64,000 bases of DNA from the human T2T-CHM13v2.0 reference genome, Homo sapiens (GCF_009914755.1 NC_060937.1), one strand, 5' to 3'; numbered from the stretch's first letter, positions 29,347 through 42,871 are shown. A program made the numbers and translations. The notes: generated by a model from the sequence alone, not told the origin.

Positions 29347-29900
29347 TTCTATCATGTTTTTCACCTTCGTTTTTACTTACTTCTTACCCAAACAACTATA
29401 TCCTCCACAAAATCCAGTATGCATTTCAGGGTACAAGGGTAACAAAACCCTTTCTCCTTCTTGGACACATTTGACCATGGATTAGCTTTCTAGCTCTGTT
29501 CCCATGGAAATCTGATAAAGATGGCATGTCAGCTGTAATAGTAGGCAAAATTGCTTATGTAATTGTGGCCTCTCATTGATAAATTGCATTGATACTGGGG
29601 GCTCAATGGTGGGAAACCCAAGCTTTGGGCTTGTCAGAGAGCAGTGACTCATATAATTGGGTATGTCCCTTGAGGGCATCTGGAACCCGAGACAATGCTA
29701 CAAGAGCTATGGGCTCTTGTGGGGTAGGGCTTCCAAGCCAAGTGGATCTCACATCCACCTGACGTGAGTCTCTTTCTCTTGTACCTGAGCTGACACTCAG
29801 AGTGGGAACAAAGGGAAAAGCTCCTGGAGCCTGTGTGGGCCTCTGTGAGGGCCACTCTCACGGAGAAGTGACTGTTTCCTGGCCCAAGACAGAGCTGTAG

Positions 29901-30210
29901 GCAGGACGCAGTGGCTCATGCCTGTAATCCCAGCACTTTGGGAGGCCAAGGCAAGCAGATCATGAGGTCAGGAGTTCGAGACCAGCCTGGCCAACATGGT
30001 GAAACCCCGTCTCTACTAAAAATACAAAAATTAGCCAGGCGTGGCAGCGCATGCCTGTAATCCCAGCTACTCAGGAGGCTGAGGCACAAGAATCGCTTGA
30101 ACCTGGGAGGCAGAGGTTGCAGTGAGCCGAGATCGCACCACTGCACTCCAGCATGGGCAACAGAGTGAGACTCTGTCTCGGGGAAAAAGAAGAAAAAAAA
30201 AGATAGATCT
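29901..30210 (+). mobile_element. Alu
   Basis: ggcaggacgcagtggctcatgcctgtaatcccagcactttgggaggccaaggcaagcagatcatgaggtcaggagttcgagacc...A-rich tail. Confidence 0.9.
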
Positions 30211-31272
30211 GTAACTCTGAATGTCTACTTGAGAAGGCATCCTGGTGGGTGTTGCAGCATTTTATTTGAACTTCAGGCATTAATTCTAAATTTATTTTTG
30301 TTTCATGATTGTTTTAGATTGGAACTGTGCTCTTGACCTGATACTGACCTAGGGCAAAGGTATGGCCTCTGCAAAGCCTCCTTTGTTGTTCCCAGGGCTC
30401 TGTGACCTTGAGCCCTCAATACCCCATATATATATTCAGGATTGGAAATGTCACAGTGGATTGTAATGATGAGTGTTATTTCTTTCTAGACAGTGATCTC
30501 TGACGCCAGGGTGTGAAGCTATTTTTATCTTTGAGTGTCAGCCCTAGTCGATTGCTTGGTACACAGCAGGTGCTTAATGAAGTATATCAGTGGAATGCTT
30601 TCAGAGGTGTAAATATTAGGAAAATATCCCAAAAGTGATGTGGAACAAGGGCAGAAATGCTATACACCCTGCACCCAGTAAACATTCCCTTCTAGCGGGA
30701 CCCTGTGCTGATCTACTCAGGGGGTGAGGTCCTCACCTCCCACACTCCAAAAGAGAACACATTTCCCCTTTGCAAAATTATTTACCAGGTGTTATGGCTG
30801 AACTGTACCCCTACAAAATGCATATGCTGAAGTCCTAACTCCCAGGACCTCAACAACGGGATTGTGTTTGGAGACAGAGCCTTTCAAGAGGTAATTGATT
30901 AATTAAGTGAGATCATAAGGGTGGGCCCTGATCCAATATGACTGCTATCCTCATGTGTAGAGATGAGGACACAGATGCCCACAGGTGGAAGACCATGTGA
31001 GGACACAGCAAGAAGGCAGCTGTCTGTAAGCCAAAGAGAGAGGCCTCACTTCAGAAGAAATCAACCCTGCTGTACTTTGACCTTGGACTTCCAGCTTTTT
31101 GCACTGTGAGAAATAAATGTTGTTTAAGCTCCCTAGCCTGTTGCATTTATTAATAGCAGCCTGAGCTAAGACAACAGGTAAGAAGAAAAAGGTTGGGAGG
31201 TCGGCTGATTCATTGAAACGAGTTATGAACAGAGGTCAGTAAACACATAGGAATCAATATAAACAGCATTAC

Positions 31273-31386
31273 CTCCATGCCATCATCCAGGAGGAAGTGT
31301 GAGGATATCAGGAAAGGACAGTCCCTGGAGTCCCGCGAACACTGAAGCTCCACCACCACAGCTTCCTGGCCTCCCTCCATTCCCAC
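31273..31386 (-). CDS. PARP4: PARP4 coding exon: VGMEGGQEAVVVELQCSRDSRDCPFLISSHFLLDDGME
   Basis: Acceptor ctgttttccag|GTGGGA and donor ATGGAG|gtaatg. 114 bp. Confidence 0.8.
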
Positions 31387-31764
31387 CTGGAAAACAGGAT
31401 GTGCTTTCAGAAGCTGCACTCGGGAAACATCAAACTACATGTGCCATTTGAAAATGTTGATTATAATTATAAAATATGTTCATTTAGAGATATAATTTAG
31501 AAAATATAGAAAAGTATCAAAAAGAAAATTAAAATCTCCTAAAATCCCGAGAGCAATACGATCACTATTAATATTTTGGTATGTTTCCCTCCTGTATTTT
31601 TACCATCCCATAAATAGATCTGTGTGTTTATACCATACCACTTTTCATGTTTTCCTTATCAAAGAGGGAAATGTTATTTTCAAGTTACATTTTATTAACA
31701 TATCTCAAAATACAAATGGAACATCACTTTGAAGGCTAGTGTCGATTTATATCTATATATATAT

Positions 31765-31875
31765 TTTAGAGACAGGTCTTGCCACATTGCCCAGGGTGGC
31801 CTCAAACTCCTGAGCTCAAGAGATCCACCTGCCTTAGCCCCCTAAGTAGCTGGGACTATAGGCAAGTGATGCCAC
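31765..31875 (-). mobile_element. Alu fragment
   Basis: gagacaggtcttgccacattgcccagggtggcctcaaactcctgagctcaagagatccacctgccttagccccctaagtagctgggactataggc. Confidence 0.8.
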
Positions 31876-32174
31876 ATCAGACACTAGTGTTGATTTTCAT
31901 TTGTGGGGAAAAAAAAAAAGGATTTTGTTTTTCTTTCTAATGCAAAAGGAATGGAAACGCAACATAGTGTAAATACTTAGTGTCAAACCTTCCTTTTCCA
32001 AATACAAGAAACTGTTAGTAACAGGGAAGAGCACTTTTATGTTTAATGCCATATTGATATTTTATACTGTTTAAAATTTTTGCTATGAGCATGCATTACT
32101 TTTATAATATAAACACTAAAAATTTAAACTTTAAATTCTAAACATAAACATTTTCTTGACTGTTAAAAATCAGG

Positions 32175-32310
32175 TCTGGGTGCAGTGGCTCATGCTTGTA
32201 ATCCCAGCACTTTGGGAGGCTAAGGAGGGAGGATGGCTTGAGCCCAGGAGTTCGAGACCAGCAAAATAGTGAGATTCTGTCTCCACAAAAATAAATATAT
32301 AAATAAAATT
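32175..32310 (+). mobile_element. Alu left-monomer fragment
   Basis: ggtctgggtgcagtggctcatgcttgtaatcccagcactttgggaggctaaggagggaggatggcttgagcccaggagttcgagaccagc. Confidence 0.8.
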
Positions 32311-32458
32311 AACTCATATTTTAAGGACTATATGATATTCAGGATATGCATAATTTTTCAAAACAATGAGAAAATGACCGAATAGGAAAAACACCCAGAA
32401 GACATTCAAACAGGTGTGTTTTTTTTTTTTTTTTGCTAACTAGAAATCAGATTCTTAC

Positions 32459-32534
32459 TTTCTCCAAGGTGTTATATTTTGCAACTTCAAAATCTTGAGG
32501 AAGATGAGGAATTTCAACATTCTGCATACCAAAC
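32459..32534 (-). CDS. PARP4: PARP4 coding exon: (E)FGMQNVEIPHLPQDFEVAKYNTLEK
   Basis: Acceptor aaatttcag|GTTTGG and donor GAGAAA|gtaaga. 76 bp. Confidence 0.8.
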
Positions 32535-33474
32535 CTGAAATTTGTAGTGTATAATTAAAATTTTAACATTAAATGGATTTTAGGCTAAACAGAATTTCAT
32601 AAATTTTTTCTTGTACATCTTTACAAAATACATGATAGATTCCTTACAAAACACATGGTAAGTCCACATGGTAAGTCCCTAAGGCCTCCTTAGCTCTTCC
32701 AGAAATTGTTAAAAGATCATTGGAAATGAGCTGGATGCCTCCTCTGCATAATCTCCAGCTCAGATACCCAGCACTGTAGCGTCTGCACTGGAAGATGGTC
32801 TCCATGCGGCAGAGGCAGAAAGAAGTGGGCCGCACACTCTGGGGATGGGCTACTTGTGTTTGCTTTGGATCTGACTCTTAGAAGCTATGTCACTCCTCTC
32901 CAGACCACAGTCCATTCCTCTCTAAAATAAAGGAGTCAGACTTCTCATAATCTGTACTTTTCATTTTGGATTTTCTTCTCTTTAAACACTATTATTAACA
33001 AATACAACAAGATTGAATGTGATGCCTAATTAACCCGATGTTTTGGGTATGCTTTAAGAAACCATATAGAACTTTAGACTCCCATACTCCATTTGAGGAA
33101 GGCTGTTGTTATTTCCATTTTTGAAAACATCAGGCAAAAGTAACAAACTGTCTTTACTCTAAAGGCTGCTCAGGAAAATAATAGGATGAAAATAGGTTTT
33201 TTTTTTAAAAGAATTAAAAAAAAAACCCACTGGTTTTCTTTTTAAAAATCAATTCAATAATTGCACCCAATCTCATTTAATACTGAGAATTTAAAATAAT
33301 GATCACTATACTAGTTGAAGAAAAAGACTCAAATAAAAAATCACTTGAGTTAGATATGCAAAATAAATTAAAATAAGAAAAAGTCTACAAATAGAATTTT
33401 AATACTGTGCTTGAGGTTTACACAAGATTTTACAAACTCTGTAGAGTCCCAGGAATCAGAAAGAAGTAAATTAC

Positions 33475-33541
33475 TCAGTGAGTTCCACAGTGTCTTCCTC
33501 CTCTGTGGCACTGTCCGGGCATAGACCTTCTGTTTTCACTT
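33475..33541 (-). CDS. PARP4: PARP4 coding exon: (E)VKTEGLCPDSATEEEDTVELT(E)
   Basis: Acceptor attctag|AAGTG and donor ACTGA|gtaatt. 67 bp, phase-consistent. Confidence 0.75.
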
Positions 33542-34785
33542 CTAGAATTAAAAGCAAACAGCACACTTGTTTACTGCCCAAAGACTTACTATAATTAGTT
33601 AACCTAAGTGCTGGAATTGTTAAGATTCATAAATATATCCTTAAATTAGTTATAATTTTGGTGATCAAAGGATAACCCAGTGGGAAAAGAGGAAGGTATA
33701 ACCTTATAAAATAGGGAGAACATACTCTAATTCTATTTTAATAAGCATATCAGGAGGATTCTCATCTGTTATTATTTGAAACTCATTGATAGCCATACAA
33801 TTTTCAATTGGCACTTTCTTCTTGAAGAGTACAAAGTGCACAGGATCAGAATGAGTTCCTGAGAGTCGGCACATCACGAGCGAAGGAGCTGGAGATGTTC
33901 TAGCTTAGAGGAGGGAAAGTCAAGGGCTCTGCATGAGCTTTTGCTTCATACTTTCTGTACAGAGAAACAGTAACACTATCTAGAGCATTGTGATATACAG
34001 GAATAACTCAATGTGAGGACTTCTTTCCAGTTTTAATTATACTGTCAAGATTCCAAGGATCATCAGTGTATTTGTAGTAATTTGGAATCTGAATAAATTA
34101 TGCTGGCTGTCATACAGTATGTTTTCAATGTGAAATGAGTCTACTATTTTGTCTATTTCTGTTGTAACTATCATTTGCTGGGACATGTGCTGGGACTGCA
34201 GCAGCATTTCTGGACTATTGTCTAAGGAGGCTCCACCCTGCCAAGTCAGTACGGTATCTAACACATACCGTGTGCTTACTGTGAGTTAGTATTTATCAGA
34301 ACTGTGTGATTTTTGATATGACTCAGGAAGAGTGCATTTTTCATGTCCAAAGGCTTTCTTCTTGGCCAGTTTCCAAAATAAAATCTTGGCTTATAAAGAA
34401 AATATGTTTCTTTTGGGGAGACAATCTTTTGTTTGGAAAGAATTTCTTCAGCAAAATGCTGGTCATCAAATTTCCAGTCATTAGGTTGTAGTAATCACTG
34501 TTTAACACAAAGGCTTTCCCCTCCCCCTAGTTAAAAGCACAATCAGGTTTTCTGAGATGATCAGTGTTTTGTGGCCATTTTGAGTCTGACCCTACTAGGC
34601 TAGATATCAAGAAATCTGTTTCTAGTGCTAAAGTAGTCTTTTGTCCTTTGTTATTTTTCTGTCCATTTTCTGAGGTAATAAGTCTAATTTTTTTTTAGTA
34701 TTTCTGGACAATTCTCTGCCTATGGTATCTTTGACAAACCCAAGCGTGTACTATGGCACCTATGATACGTTAAATGCTTGCTATG

Positions 34786-34987
34786 AAATACCTACCAGAA
34801 CTGCTCGCCTTCTGATCAGGAGGTGGTGTGATGTCCAGGGGCTTATAAGGATCATAATTCTTTACATCCAAGAGTCTCTTTTCTCTGATAGATTTCCATA
34901 TAAAATCTGGGTTTGCAATATGAACGTGGTTCTTTTGGATAGAATTCAGTTGGTACTGACTCAGAACATCAGCATTATCTAAGATTA
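34786..34987 (-). CDS. PARP4: PARP4 coding exon (BRCT): CTHIILDNADVLSQYQLNSIQKNHVHIANPDFIWKSIREKRLLDVKNYDPYKPLDITPPPDQKASSS
   Basis: Acceptor ccttag|TGC and donor TCTG|gtaggtat. 202 bp. Phase is continuous with the neighbouring exons. Confidence 0.8.
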
Positions 34988-35387
34988 TATGTGTGCACTA
35001 AGGAAAAAAAGAGTCAATCCATTATGCATCAAGAAAAACAACATTTAAATAAGATATTTGTATCTGTAATTTTCACCCTTAGAAAGTATTAAGGTAGTTT
35101 GTGATAATCTTTCTCAAATTTCGAAAAACCTCTATAAATATCACAGTTTCTAGTTACATAAACATTTTAAAAATCAACTGTTTTTAAAGGATATGGCTAC
35201 GAATGCACCATAATTGATTAACCCTAGAGGTTATTTCTAAATTTTCATTATTGTAAACAACGCTGTGATGACTATCCTCATGTACACATCCTTGTGCACT
35301 TGTTCAATTATTTTCTTAGTAGTGGAAAGGGAGGTTCAAAGGTTATTATTTATTTTGATTTGTAATTTTAGAAAATCTTGTTTTTTT

Positions 35388-35495
35388 TGTAGAGATAGGG
35401 TCTTGCTATGTTGACCAGGCTGGTCTTGAACTCTCAGCCTCAAGCGATTCTCCCATCTCAGCTGAGTTTACAGGCATGAGCCAACATGCCCGCTT
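35388..35495 (-). mobile_element. Alu fragment
   Basis: gtagagatagggtcttgctatgttgaccaggctggtcttgaactctcagcctcaagcgattctcccatctcagctgagtttacaggcatgagccaacatgcccgc. Confidence 0.8.
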
Positions 35496-36807
35496 ATAAT
35501 TTTATTTATTTTTTAATAAATAGTAAATTCACATTGCAGAATATCTAAAAAATAAAATAATGACGACGTATTAACTTCATCCCCACTGTTGTCCCCAGTT
35601 CCTCTCTGCAGAGGCACCTGCTGTCACTTGCTCCTCGCGAATCCTGCTAGAGCTACACTATGCGTAGATACATGGCAGCGTGCTCCTCAGCCTCTTCCGT
35701 GCTGGCTTTTCCACTGAAATTATCTTGGTGATTGTTCCTCAACATTACATATACAGCTGCCTCATTATCTACAGTAGCTGGGATGCACATTTCACATGTT
35801 TATGTACATTGACTTCCACAAAGTTGCACTCACAGTATGTGACTTTCTAAAAAGGAGAGACCATGTTGGCAGTTCACACAGAAGACAAACTGAGAAGGGA
35901 GAGCAGGCACGAATTACTCATCTGTCCAGAGATGGTGAGACAGCTCAGTGTGGGAAGCTGTATAAGGGAAGTATATACAATTCTACCTGAATTGGAAGTA
36001 AACAGGGACATTGCATTTCTGGTATTCAGCTGGAGTTGAACACGCTTCACAGAACAGATGAGGCTCACAATGGCCAAGCCCCAGGGCTGAGGTCCAGGGA
36101 GGGGCAGGGTGAGTCAGCTCATCAATTCGTCAACAGAGGGAACAGCAGAGGACAGGGGCAGGCCAGCCTGGCACCTAGAGCCTTTGGATTTCTATTTTTA
36201 CAGTGAGGTGGTTTAAAAAAGAGGAGGTTAAACTGAATTATTTCTAAGATTTCATCCAGCTGTAAAATCCTATTATTCTGAACTGCCAGGCTTACAAGTT
36301 CAAGAGGCAGAAGGTAAATTCCTGCAGCCTTTAAATGAACAAAACAAACAGCACAAGCTACACTGCGAAGATGAGTCTGCACTGCATGTATTTCTTTCTA
36401 CACCCAGGAACCTGGCTTACCAGTATATCACCCCAGCGTTGACATACTGGTGAGTGACGACAGTGCGCTTTTTGCAAATCCTGTGCACTATGACTTTTCT
36501 CCTTCAAGAATAGATATGGCTGGTCTGAAATTCTATTTTCATATTTGGCTGTGCTCTAGTAATATCCTGCTTCACAGGACATGTAGGATTGTCCTGCAGT
36601 TCAGGGAACAGGGAGGGGACAGGGCTGGGCCACCTCTGCCTCTAGGAGCCCAGCCTCCCAATGGGCCATGTCAGTCTCTCCTGATGAACTTCGAGTAGCT
36701 CACTCACTCTCTCCTGCTGCTAATCTCTGCTTCCTCTTCTAACCATGACCCTGTTCCCTGAATGCGCAATGTTTTATCACACTGTAGTTTATGACACTTG
36801 GAAATAC

Positions 36808-36940
36808 CTGAGGATTTAACGAAAAGGAAAACTTTCCGCCATTTTCCTTAATGTCAGTTTGTAGCTTTTTCTTCTGCTGCTGAGGTAAGTACTTCACTTT
36901 CAAACAGAAGATACAATTTGCAAAGATTCCCATCACCATC
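36808..36940 (-). CDS. PARP4: PARP4 first coding exon (ATG at 36939): MVMGIFANCIFCLKVKYLPQQQKKKLQTDIKENGGKFSFSLNPQ
   Basis: Acceptor ttcctacag|G, ATG, donor CCT CAG|gtatttcc. Matches the PARP4 N-terminus (BRCT domain start). Confidence 0.85.
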
Positions 36941-37420
36941 CTGTAGGAAAAAAAGTTTTTAAGGACCCTCTCTTAAGTCAATATGACAGTGAATTTAGAA
37001 TTATTATACAAGCAAACTGTGGGAAAATTGGGCATTATCTTAAGAAAGATATTGCAATCATGTTATCAATAGAACATTGCAAAAATTGAATAATATCCTA
37101 GCTTGCAATATGTGTGTTGGTTTAAGAATCGTTTCTAGCTTTTATGGTTGATATTACACCACCAAAAATCCCTTTGTACAGGCTCATGATATACATCTTA
37201 ATAAAAACATGACAGATTTAAGTTACAGATCAAGTGTGTGACTCCAGAACATGGAACCATTTATTTCTAAATTAGAAATTAACATTATTTGATAGTGAAA
37301 CCATGGGTTTCTTTAATATATAATTCTATGCATTCAAAAAGACTCTTTATGTGGACTTCTATTAGGCCATTCTGGGGAAAAACTGAACAGCTGATAATAA
37401 AAATATACAACTATGTTTAA

Positions 37421-37762
<342 letters not shown>

Positions 37763-37867
37763 TAATTAATTTACTGTACAACACATTCTCAATTTTGCAT
37801 CGAAATGTGTATTTAACAATAAATTAATACATGGTGAAAAATTGTGTTTAATTTCCATTTTGTAAAA

Positions 37868-38157
37868 TTTTTTTTTTGAGACAATCTTGCTCTGTCACCC
37901 ACGCTGGAGTGCACTATTGCAATTTTGGCTTACTGCAACCTCCACCTCCTGGATTCAATTGATTCTCCTGCCTCGGTCTCCCAAGTAGCTGAGATTACAG
38001 GCGCCCACCATGACACCTGGCTAACTTTTGTATTTTTAGTAGAGTCGGGGGTTTTACCATGTTGGCCAGGCTGGTCTTGAACTCCTGACCTCAAGTGATC
38101 TGCCCACCTTGGCCTCCCAAAATTGTGGGATTACAGGCATGAGCCACCGCACCTGGC
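37868..38157 (-). mobile_element. Alu
   Basis: ttttgagacaatcttgctctgtcacccacgctggagtgcac...gattacaggcatgagccaccgcacctggc. Confidence 0.9.
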
Positions 38158-38167
38158 ACACCCCCGC

Positions 38168-38275
38168 TTTTTTTTTTTTTTTTTGAGTCAGGGTCTCACT
38201 CTGTCACCCAGGCTGGAGTGCAGTAGCAGATCTCAGCTCACTGTAATCTCTGCCCACTGCAATCTCTGCCTTCCG
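38168..38275 (-). mobile_element. Alu fragment (right arm only)
   Basis: Poly-T, then gagtcagggtctcactctgtcacccaggctggagtgcagtagcagatctcagctcactg. Confidence 0.8.
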
Positions 38276-38302
38276 GGAAGAGAAGGTGAGGGTTAAAGAA
38301 AG

Positions 38303-38320
38303 ACACACACACACACACAG
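38303..38320. repeat. (CA)n microsatellite
   Basis: acacacacacacacacac. Confidence 0.9.
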
Positions 38321-38781
38321 AGGAGAAAGAAAGAGAGAGGAGACAGAGCTAGAGAGCGCGAGCTTGACAGCAAATGCGGCTTTATGTGCAGCACAAAACC
38401 TACAGAAGTAGGGGACCAGCCTAATGCCACAGCCCACTGCTAAGTCTTACAGGCTAAGGGTACTTATAGGTATGGGCGGGAGGGGTCTGGGCAGCATGGC
38501 TTGTTGCCCTGCAAGATATCGATAAGATGTTCCCATGATTTGTATTGATTTGTACAATAAGGGTTCTGGCCCTTATTCAGGTGGATGTCATCATGGTGTT
38601 CCTTGGACGTTTGCCCAAGAAGTCATGAGAGGGAAGTTTCTTCAGATAAGCCTCTGTTGGCCTTGCGGTCAAGTGGTTAGGAAGGATGTTTCTCACCGCC
38701 TAAACCCCCCAGAAATGTTTCACTTTGCCCAAAGTCTGCAAAATAGCGGGCAGCTTACAAAATGTTGCAGTTTGTGCTAAC

Positions 38782-38915
38782 GCTGGGTTCAAGCAATTCT
38801 CCTGCCTCAGCCTCCCGAGTAGCTGGGATTACAGGCCCGCGCCACCACGCCCGGCTAATATTTTTCATTTTTAGTAAAGACAGGGTTTCGCTATGTTGCC
38901 CAGACTGGTATTTGT
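38782..38915 (-). mobile_element. Alu fragment
   Basis: ctgggttcaagcaattctcctgcctcagcctcccgagtagctgggattacaggcccgcgccaccacgcccggctaat...gacagggtttcgctatgttgcccagactgg. Confidence 0.8.
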
Positions 38916-39189
38916 CAATTTTTAAAAACAAGGAGTCACGTCTAACAGGCTCCCCGCAAAGTAAGCTGCCATTTGGCGACAGCAGTTTCCAAGTCCTGTA
39001 TTAGTTTGAGGATCGCGGTTCCGGGTCCTGTGTTAGCTTGGGCAGGCAGGTCAGGTTCTCTGCCGCGGCCCACGCGTCTTGGGACTAAGCTGAGTTGCTG
39101 AAAGCCCACCGCCCTGCACCGCGATTGGGCTCCGCCATTTCCCCTTTGCCTGCCCTTTCACCTCCCACTCCTACAGGCCAGAGGCCCCA

Positions 39190-40560
39190 CCCTACCTAGT
39201 GCTGTGTCTGGAATTTGTGGGTTCTTGGTCTCACTGACTTCAAAAACGAAGCTGCCTGGACCCTCGTGGTGAGTGCTACAGTTCTTAAAGGCGGCGCGTC
39301 CGAAGTTTGTTCCTTCCTTGGTCTCACTGACATCAAGTATGAAGCCGCAGACCCTCGCAGTGAGCGTTACAGTTCTTTAAGGCGGCGCATCCAGAGTTTG
39401 TCCGGAGTTGTTTACTCCTACCGGTGGGTTCGTGGTGTCGCTGGCTTCAGGAGTGAAGCTGCAGACCTCCGCGATTTAAAGGCAGTGCGGACCCAAACAG
39501 TGAGCAGCAACAAAATTTACTGCAAGGAGTGAAAAACAAAGCTTCCACAGCGTGGAAGAGGACCCCAGCAGGTTGCCACTGCTAGCTCGGGCAGCCTGCT
39601 TTTATTCCCTTATGTGGCCCCACCCACATCCTGCTGATTGGTTCATTTTATAGAGCGCTGATTGGACTGCTTTGACAGGGTGCTGATTGGTGTTTACAAT
39701 CCCTGAGCTAGACACAAGTTCTCCAGGTCCCCACTAGATTAGCTAGACACAGAGCACTGATTGGTGCATTTACAAACCTTGAGCTAGACACAGGGTGTTG
39801 ATTGGTGTGTTTACAAACCTTGAGCTAGACACAGAGTGCTGACTGGTGTATTGACAATCCCTTAGCTAGACATAAAGTTCTCCAAGTCCCCACTAGACTC
39901 AGGAGCCCAGCTGGCTTCACCCAGTGGATCCCATGCCAGGGCCGCAGGTGGAGCTGCCTGCCAGTCCCATGCCTTGCACCCGCACTCCTCAGCCCTTGGG
40001 TGGTCGATGGGACCGGGCGCCGGCCGCGCTCCTGCGGGACGCTCGTGCTGCGCAGGAGCCAACTGAGGCGGGAGAGCTCAGACATGGCGGGCTGCAGGTC
40101 CCGAGCCCTGCCCCGCGGGGAGGCAGCTAAGGCTCCACGAGAAATCTAGCACAGCGCTGGTGGGCCGGCACTGCTGGGGTACCCGGCACACCCTCCGCTG
40201 CTGCTGGCCCGGGCGCTAAGCCCCTCACTGTCCGGGGCCGGCGGGGCCAGCGGGCTGCTCAGAGTGCGGGGACCGCCCAGCCCACGCCCAACCGGAACTT
40301 GCGCTGGCCCGCAAGCGCCGCGCACAGCCCCGGTTCCGTCCTGCGCCTGCAAGCTGAAGGAGCCGGCTCCGGCCTCGCCAGCTCAGAAAGGGGCTCCCAC
40401 AGTGCAGCGGCGGGCTGAAGGGCTCCTCAAGCGTAGCCAGAGTGGGCGCCGAGAGCCAGCGAGGGCTGCAAGGGCTGCCAGCACGCTGTCACCTTTCAGT
40501 ACCTTTGCCCTGTGTGTGTTGGATGGTGGTACCCATTCCCTGGGCTCTCAATTGAGGACA
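39190..40560 (-). mobile_element. LTR12 (HERV9 solo LTR), full-length type with a GC-rich 5' region, in the same orientation as PARP4 and inside its intron 1
   Basis: The reverse complement reads a GC-rich U3 region followed by repeated tgtgtctagctcaaggtttgtaaacacaccaatca units, then ataaaagcaggctgcccgagctagcagtggcaacctgctgg and ...gagaccaagaacccacaaattccagacacagc. It is collinear with the plus-strand LTR12 at 12400-13332. Confidence 0.85.
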
Positions 40561-41689
40561 CAATGCCACTGCCTCCCTGACACCTCACCTCTGGGTCTCC
40601 TTGGCACCACAGAGGTGCGACGTCCCCAGCCTAGGCCTCCCTCTCCCCCTTGGCTGGAGACAACCACTGGGTGCTATTCTTGACTCCCTGCACCCCCATC
40701 TCCTTCTGCCAGCTGTATCTCTTCCATCACAGCCCCTGATATAGCCCCAATGTATAGAACTTGTCCCTCCTGCTGCCACCCTGGCCCATGCCCTCGCATC
40801 CTGACTGGCTCCCACTCCTGTTGCGCCGGTGTTCAATCTCTTCTCCACACTGCAGCTTCAGGAAACTTGTTGTTTTTAAATTACATTTCAAATAAAATAC
40901 AAATTGCTTATCATGGTTCAAGGCCAACAGCTATCTCATTCCCTCCTGGCCACACTGGCTTTTTCTAAAGGAGGAAGAAACCCACAGCTTGGTCCTCCAA
41001 GTCTTGACACATGCTGTTATATATTATAGTTCTTATCTCTGGGACCCCCAGCCCTTCCTCACCCCATGCTGTATCCCCCATCCAGGACACAATGAATGAA
41101 CACATTAGGGATTCATATTTTTTAATCTTTCTTTTGAGGTCCGGTTAAACTGAAGTCTCTTGATGTAATTCTGCCTTTCCATAACATTAGCATGGAAAAG
41201 TTTCATTTGTTGACTGCCTCTCACATTCAATTAGCATCTGTGCATAGATAGGAGGGATGAAATGAGGGGTACCATAAAAGAGATTACACCACACTATTTA
41301 GGTTAATCTATGCTAGTCGTAATCTCTGACAATTAAAAACAACACACAAAAAAAACACTAAAAGCCTTTAATGACTCTTTAATAATTTCCAGGACAGCCT
41401 CTATGTGATAATTGCACCCCCACTTATGCTGACCAAGGTTGGCTGACATGGAGTGGCTGCTCAAGTCCACCTTCAGATGGGTCCTGGATGTGTTAAATCC
41501 TCTGACCTGTTTAAAACGTGTTTCCTGGAAAAGTGACTCATGGTCACTGTTGAAAATTTGAAAAATACAGAATTGTATAACAGAAAAAAAAAGAACAAAA
41601 CAAAAAAATCTCAAAACCTAGGGCTATGTTAGCATCTTGTTTTGCATTTTTCTCCTGGGCTTTTTTCTAGGTCTATTATAACACTTTGT

Positions 41690-41975
41690 TTTTTGAGACA
41701 GTCTCGCTTTTGTCACTTAGGCGGAAGTGCAGTGGTGAGACCTCGGCTCACGGCACCCTCCGCCTCCCGGGTTCAAACGATTCTCCTGCATCAGCCTCCC
41801 GAGTAGCTGGGATTATAGGTGCCTGCCACCATGCCTGGCTACTTTTTGTATTTTTAGTAGAGACGGGGTTTCACCATGTTGGCCAGGCTGGTCTCGAACT
41901 CCCAACCTTAAGTGATCTGCACACCTTGGCCTCCCTAAGTGCTGGGATTACAGGCATGAGTCACCGCGCCCAGCC
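41690..41975 (-). mobile_element. Alu
   Basis: ttttttgagacagtctcgcttttgtcacttaggcggaagtgcagtggtgag...gattacaggcatgagtcaccgcgcccagcc. Confidence 0.9.
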
Positions 41976-42386
41976 ACAGACTGTATTTTTTATCAAAATT
42001 GACATCACACTACCTATCCCGCTGTTATCAGTCAGCATCTTTAGCATTTTGTCATTAAATATTATTGGAAAACATTTTTAATAGAGACTATCAGATATGG
42101 ACCATAAATGAATTATTGTTGGAAAATTAAATCATTTCTGATTTTTGGTATCATAAAAAGCTATGATGAACATCCTTATGTGCAAATCCTTGTTTCCATC
42201 TCCAACAATCATCTTAGAAAATAATACTCAACTAGAACTACTGAATCAAAGTTTGAACAATTTTTTTGTGTTAAAAGTTAATCACTAAGAAGAAAAAATA
42301 AAAAGCACCTAAAATGATGGAAATGCTCAAAACTAGACTGCAGTGATGGTGCACAACTTGGTAAATTATTAAAAATTATTGAATTA

Positions 42387-42678
42387 GGCCAGGCAATGTG
42401 GCTCATGCCTGTAACCCTAGCACTTTGGGAGACCAAGTGGAGCAAATCGCTTGAGCCCAGGAGTTTGAGAGCAGCCTGGCCAACATGGCGAAACTTCATC
42501 TCTACAAAAAATACAAAACTTAGCTGGGCAAGGTGGTACATGCCTATGGTCCCAGCTACTCAGGAGACTTAGGTGGGAGGATCACTTGAGCCTGGGAGGT
42601 CAAGGCTGCAGTGAGCTGTGATCATGCCACTGCACTCCAGCCTGGGTGACAAGAGACCCTATCTCAAAAAAAAAAAAA
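42387..42678 (+). mobile_element. Alu
   Basis: ggccaggcaatgtggctcatgcctgtaaccctagcactttgggagaccaagtgg...gagaccctatctcaaaaaaaaaaaa. Confidence 0.9.
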
Positions 42679-42871
42679 GAGAGAAAAATTACTAAATTGT
42701 ACAATTAAAATGAATGAATTTAATGTATGTAAATTGTACCCCAATACATTTTTTAAATAGTATTTTTTGGATACATAATAGTTACATACATATTATGGGT
42801 CAATAAAGTTATTTTTAAAAAAGCACCTGATCCCTCCATCCAGAAATAACCCCACTGTTGATTTTTATTTG

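Noticed and set aside
39825-40850. Several 66-139 aa ORFs on both strands
   Set aside because: They fall in the GC-rich 5' part of the LTR12 and are a composition artefact.
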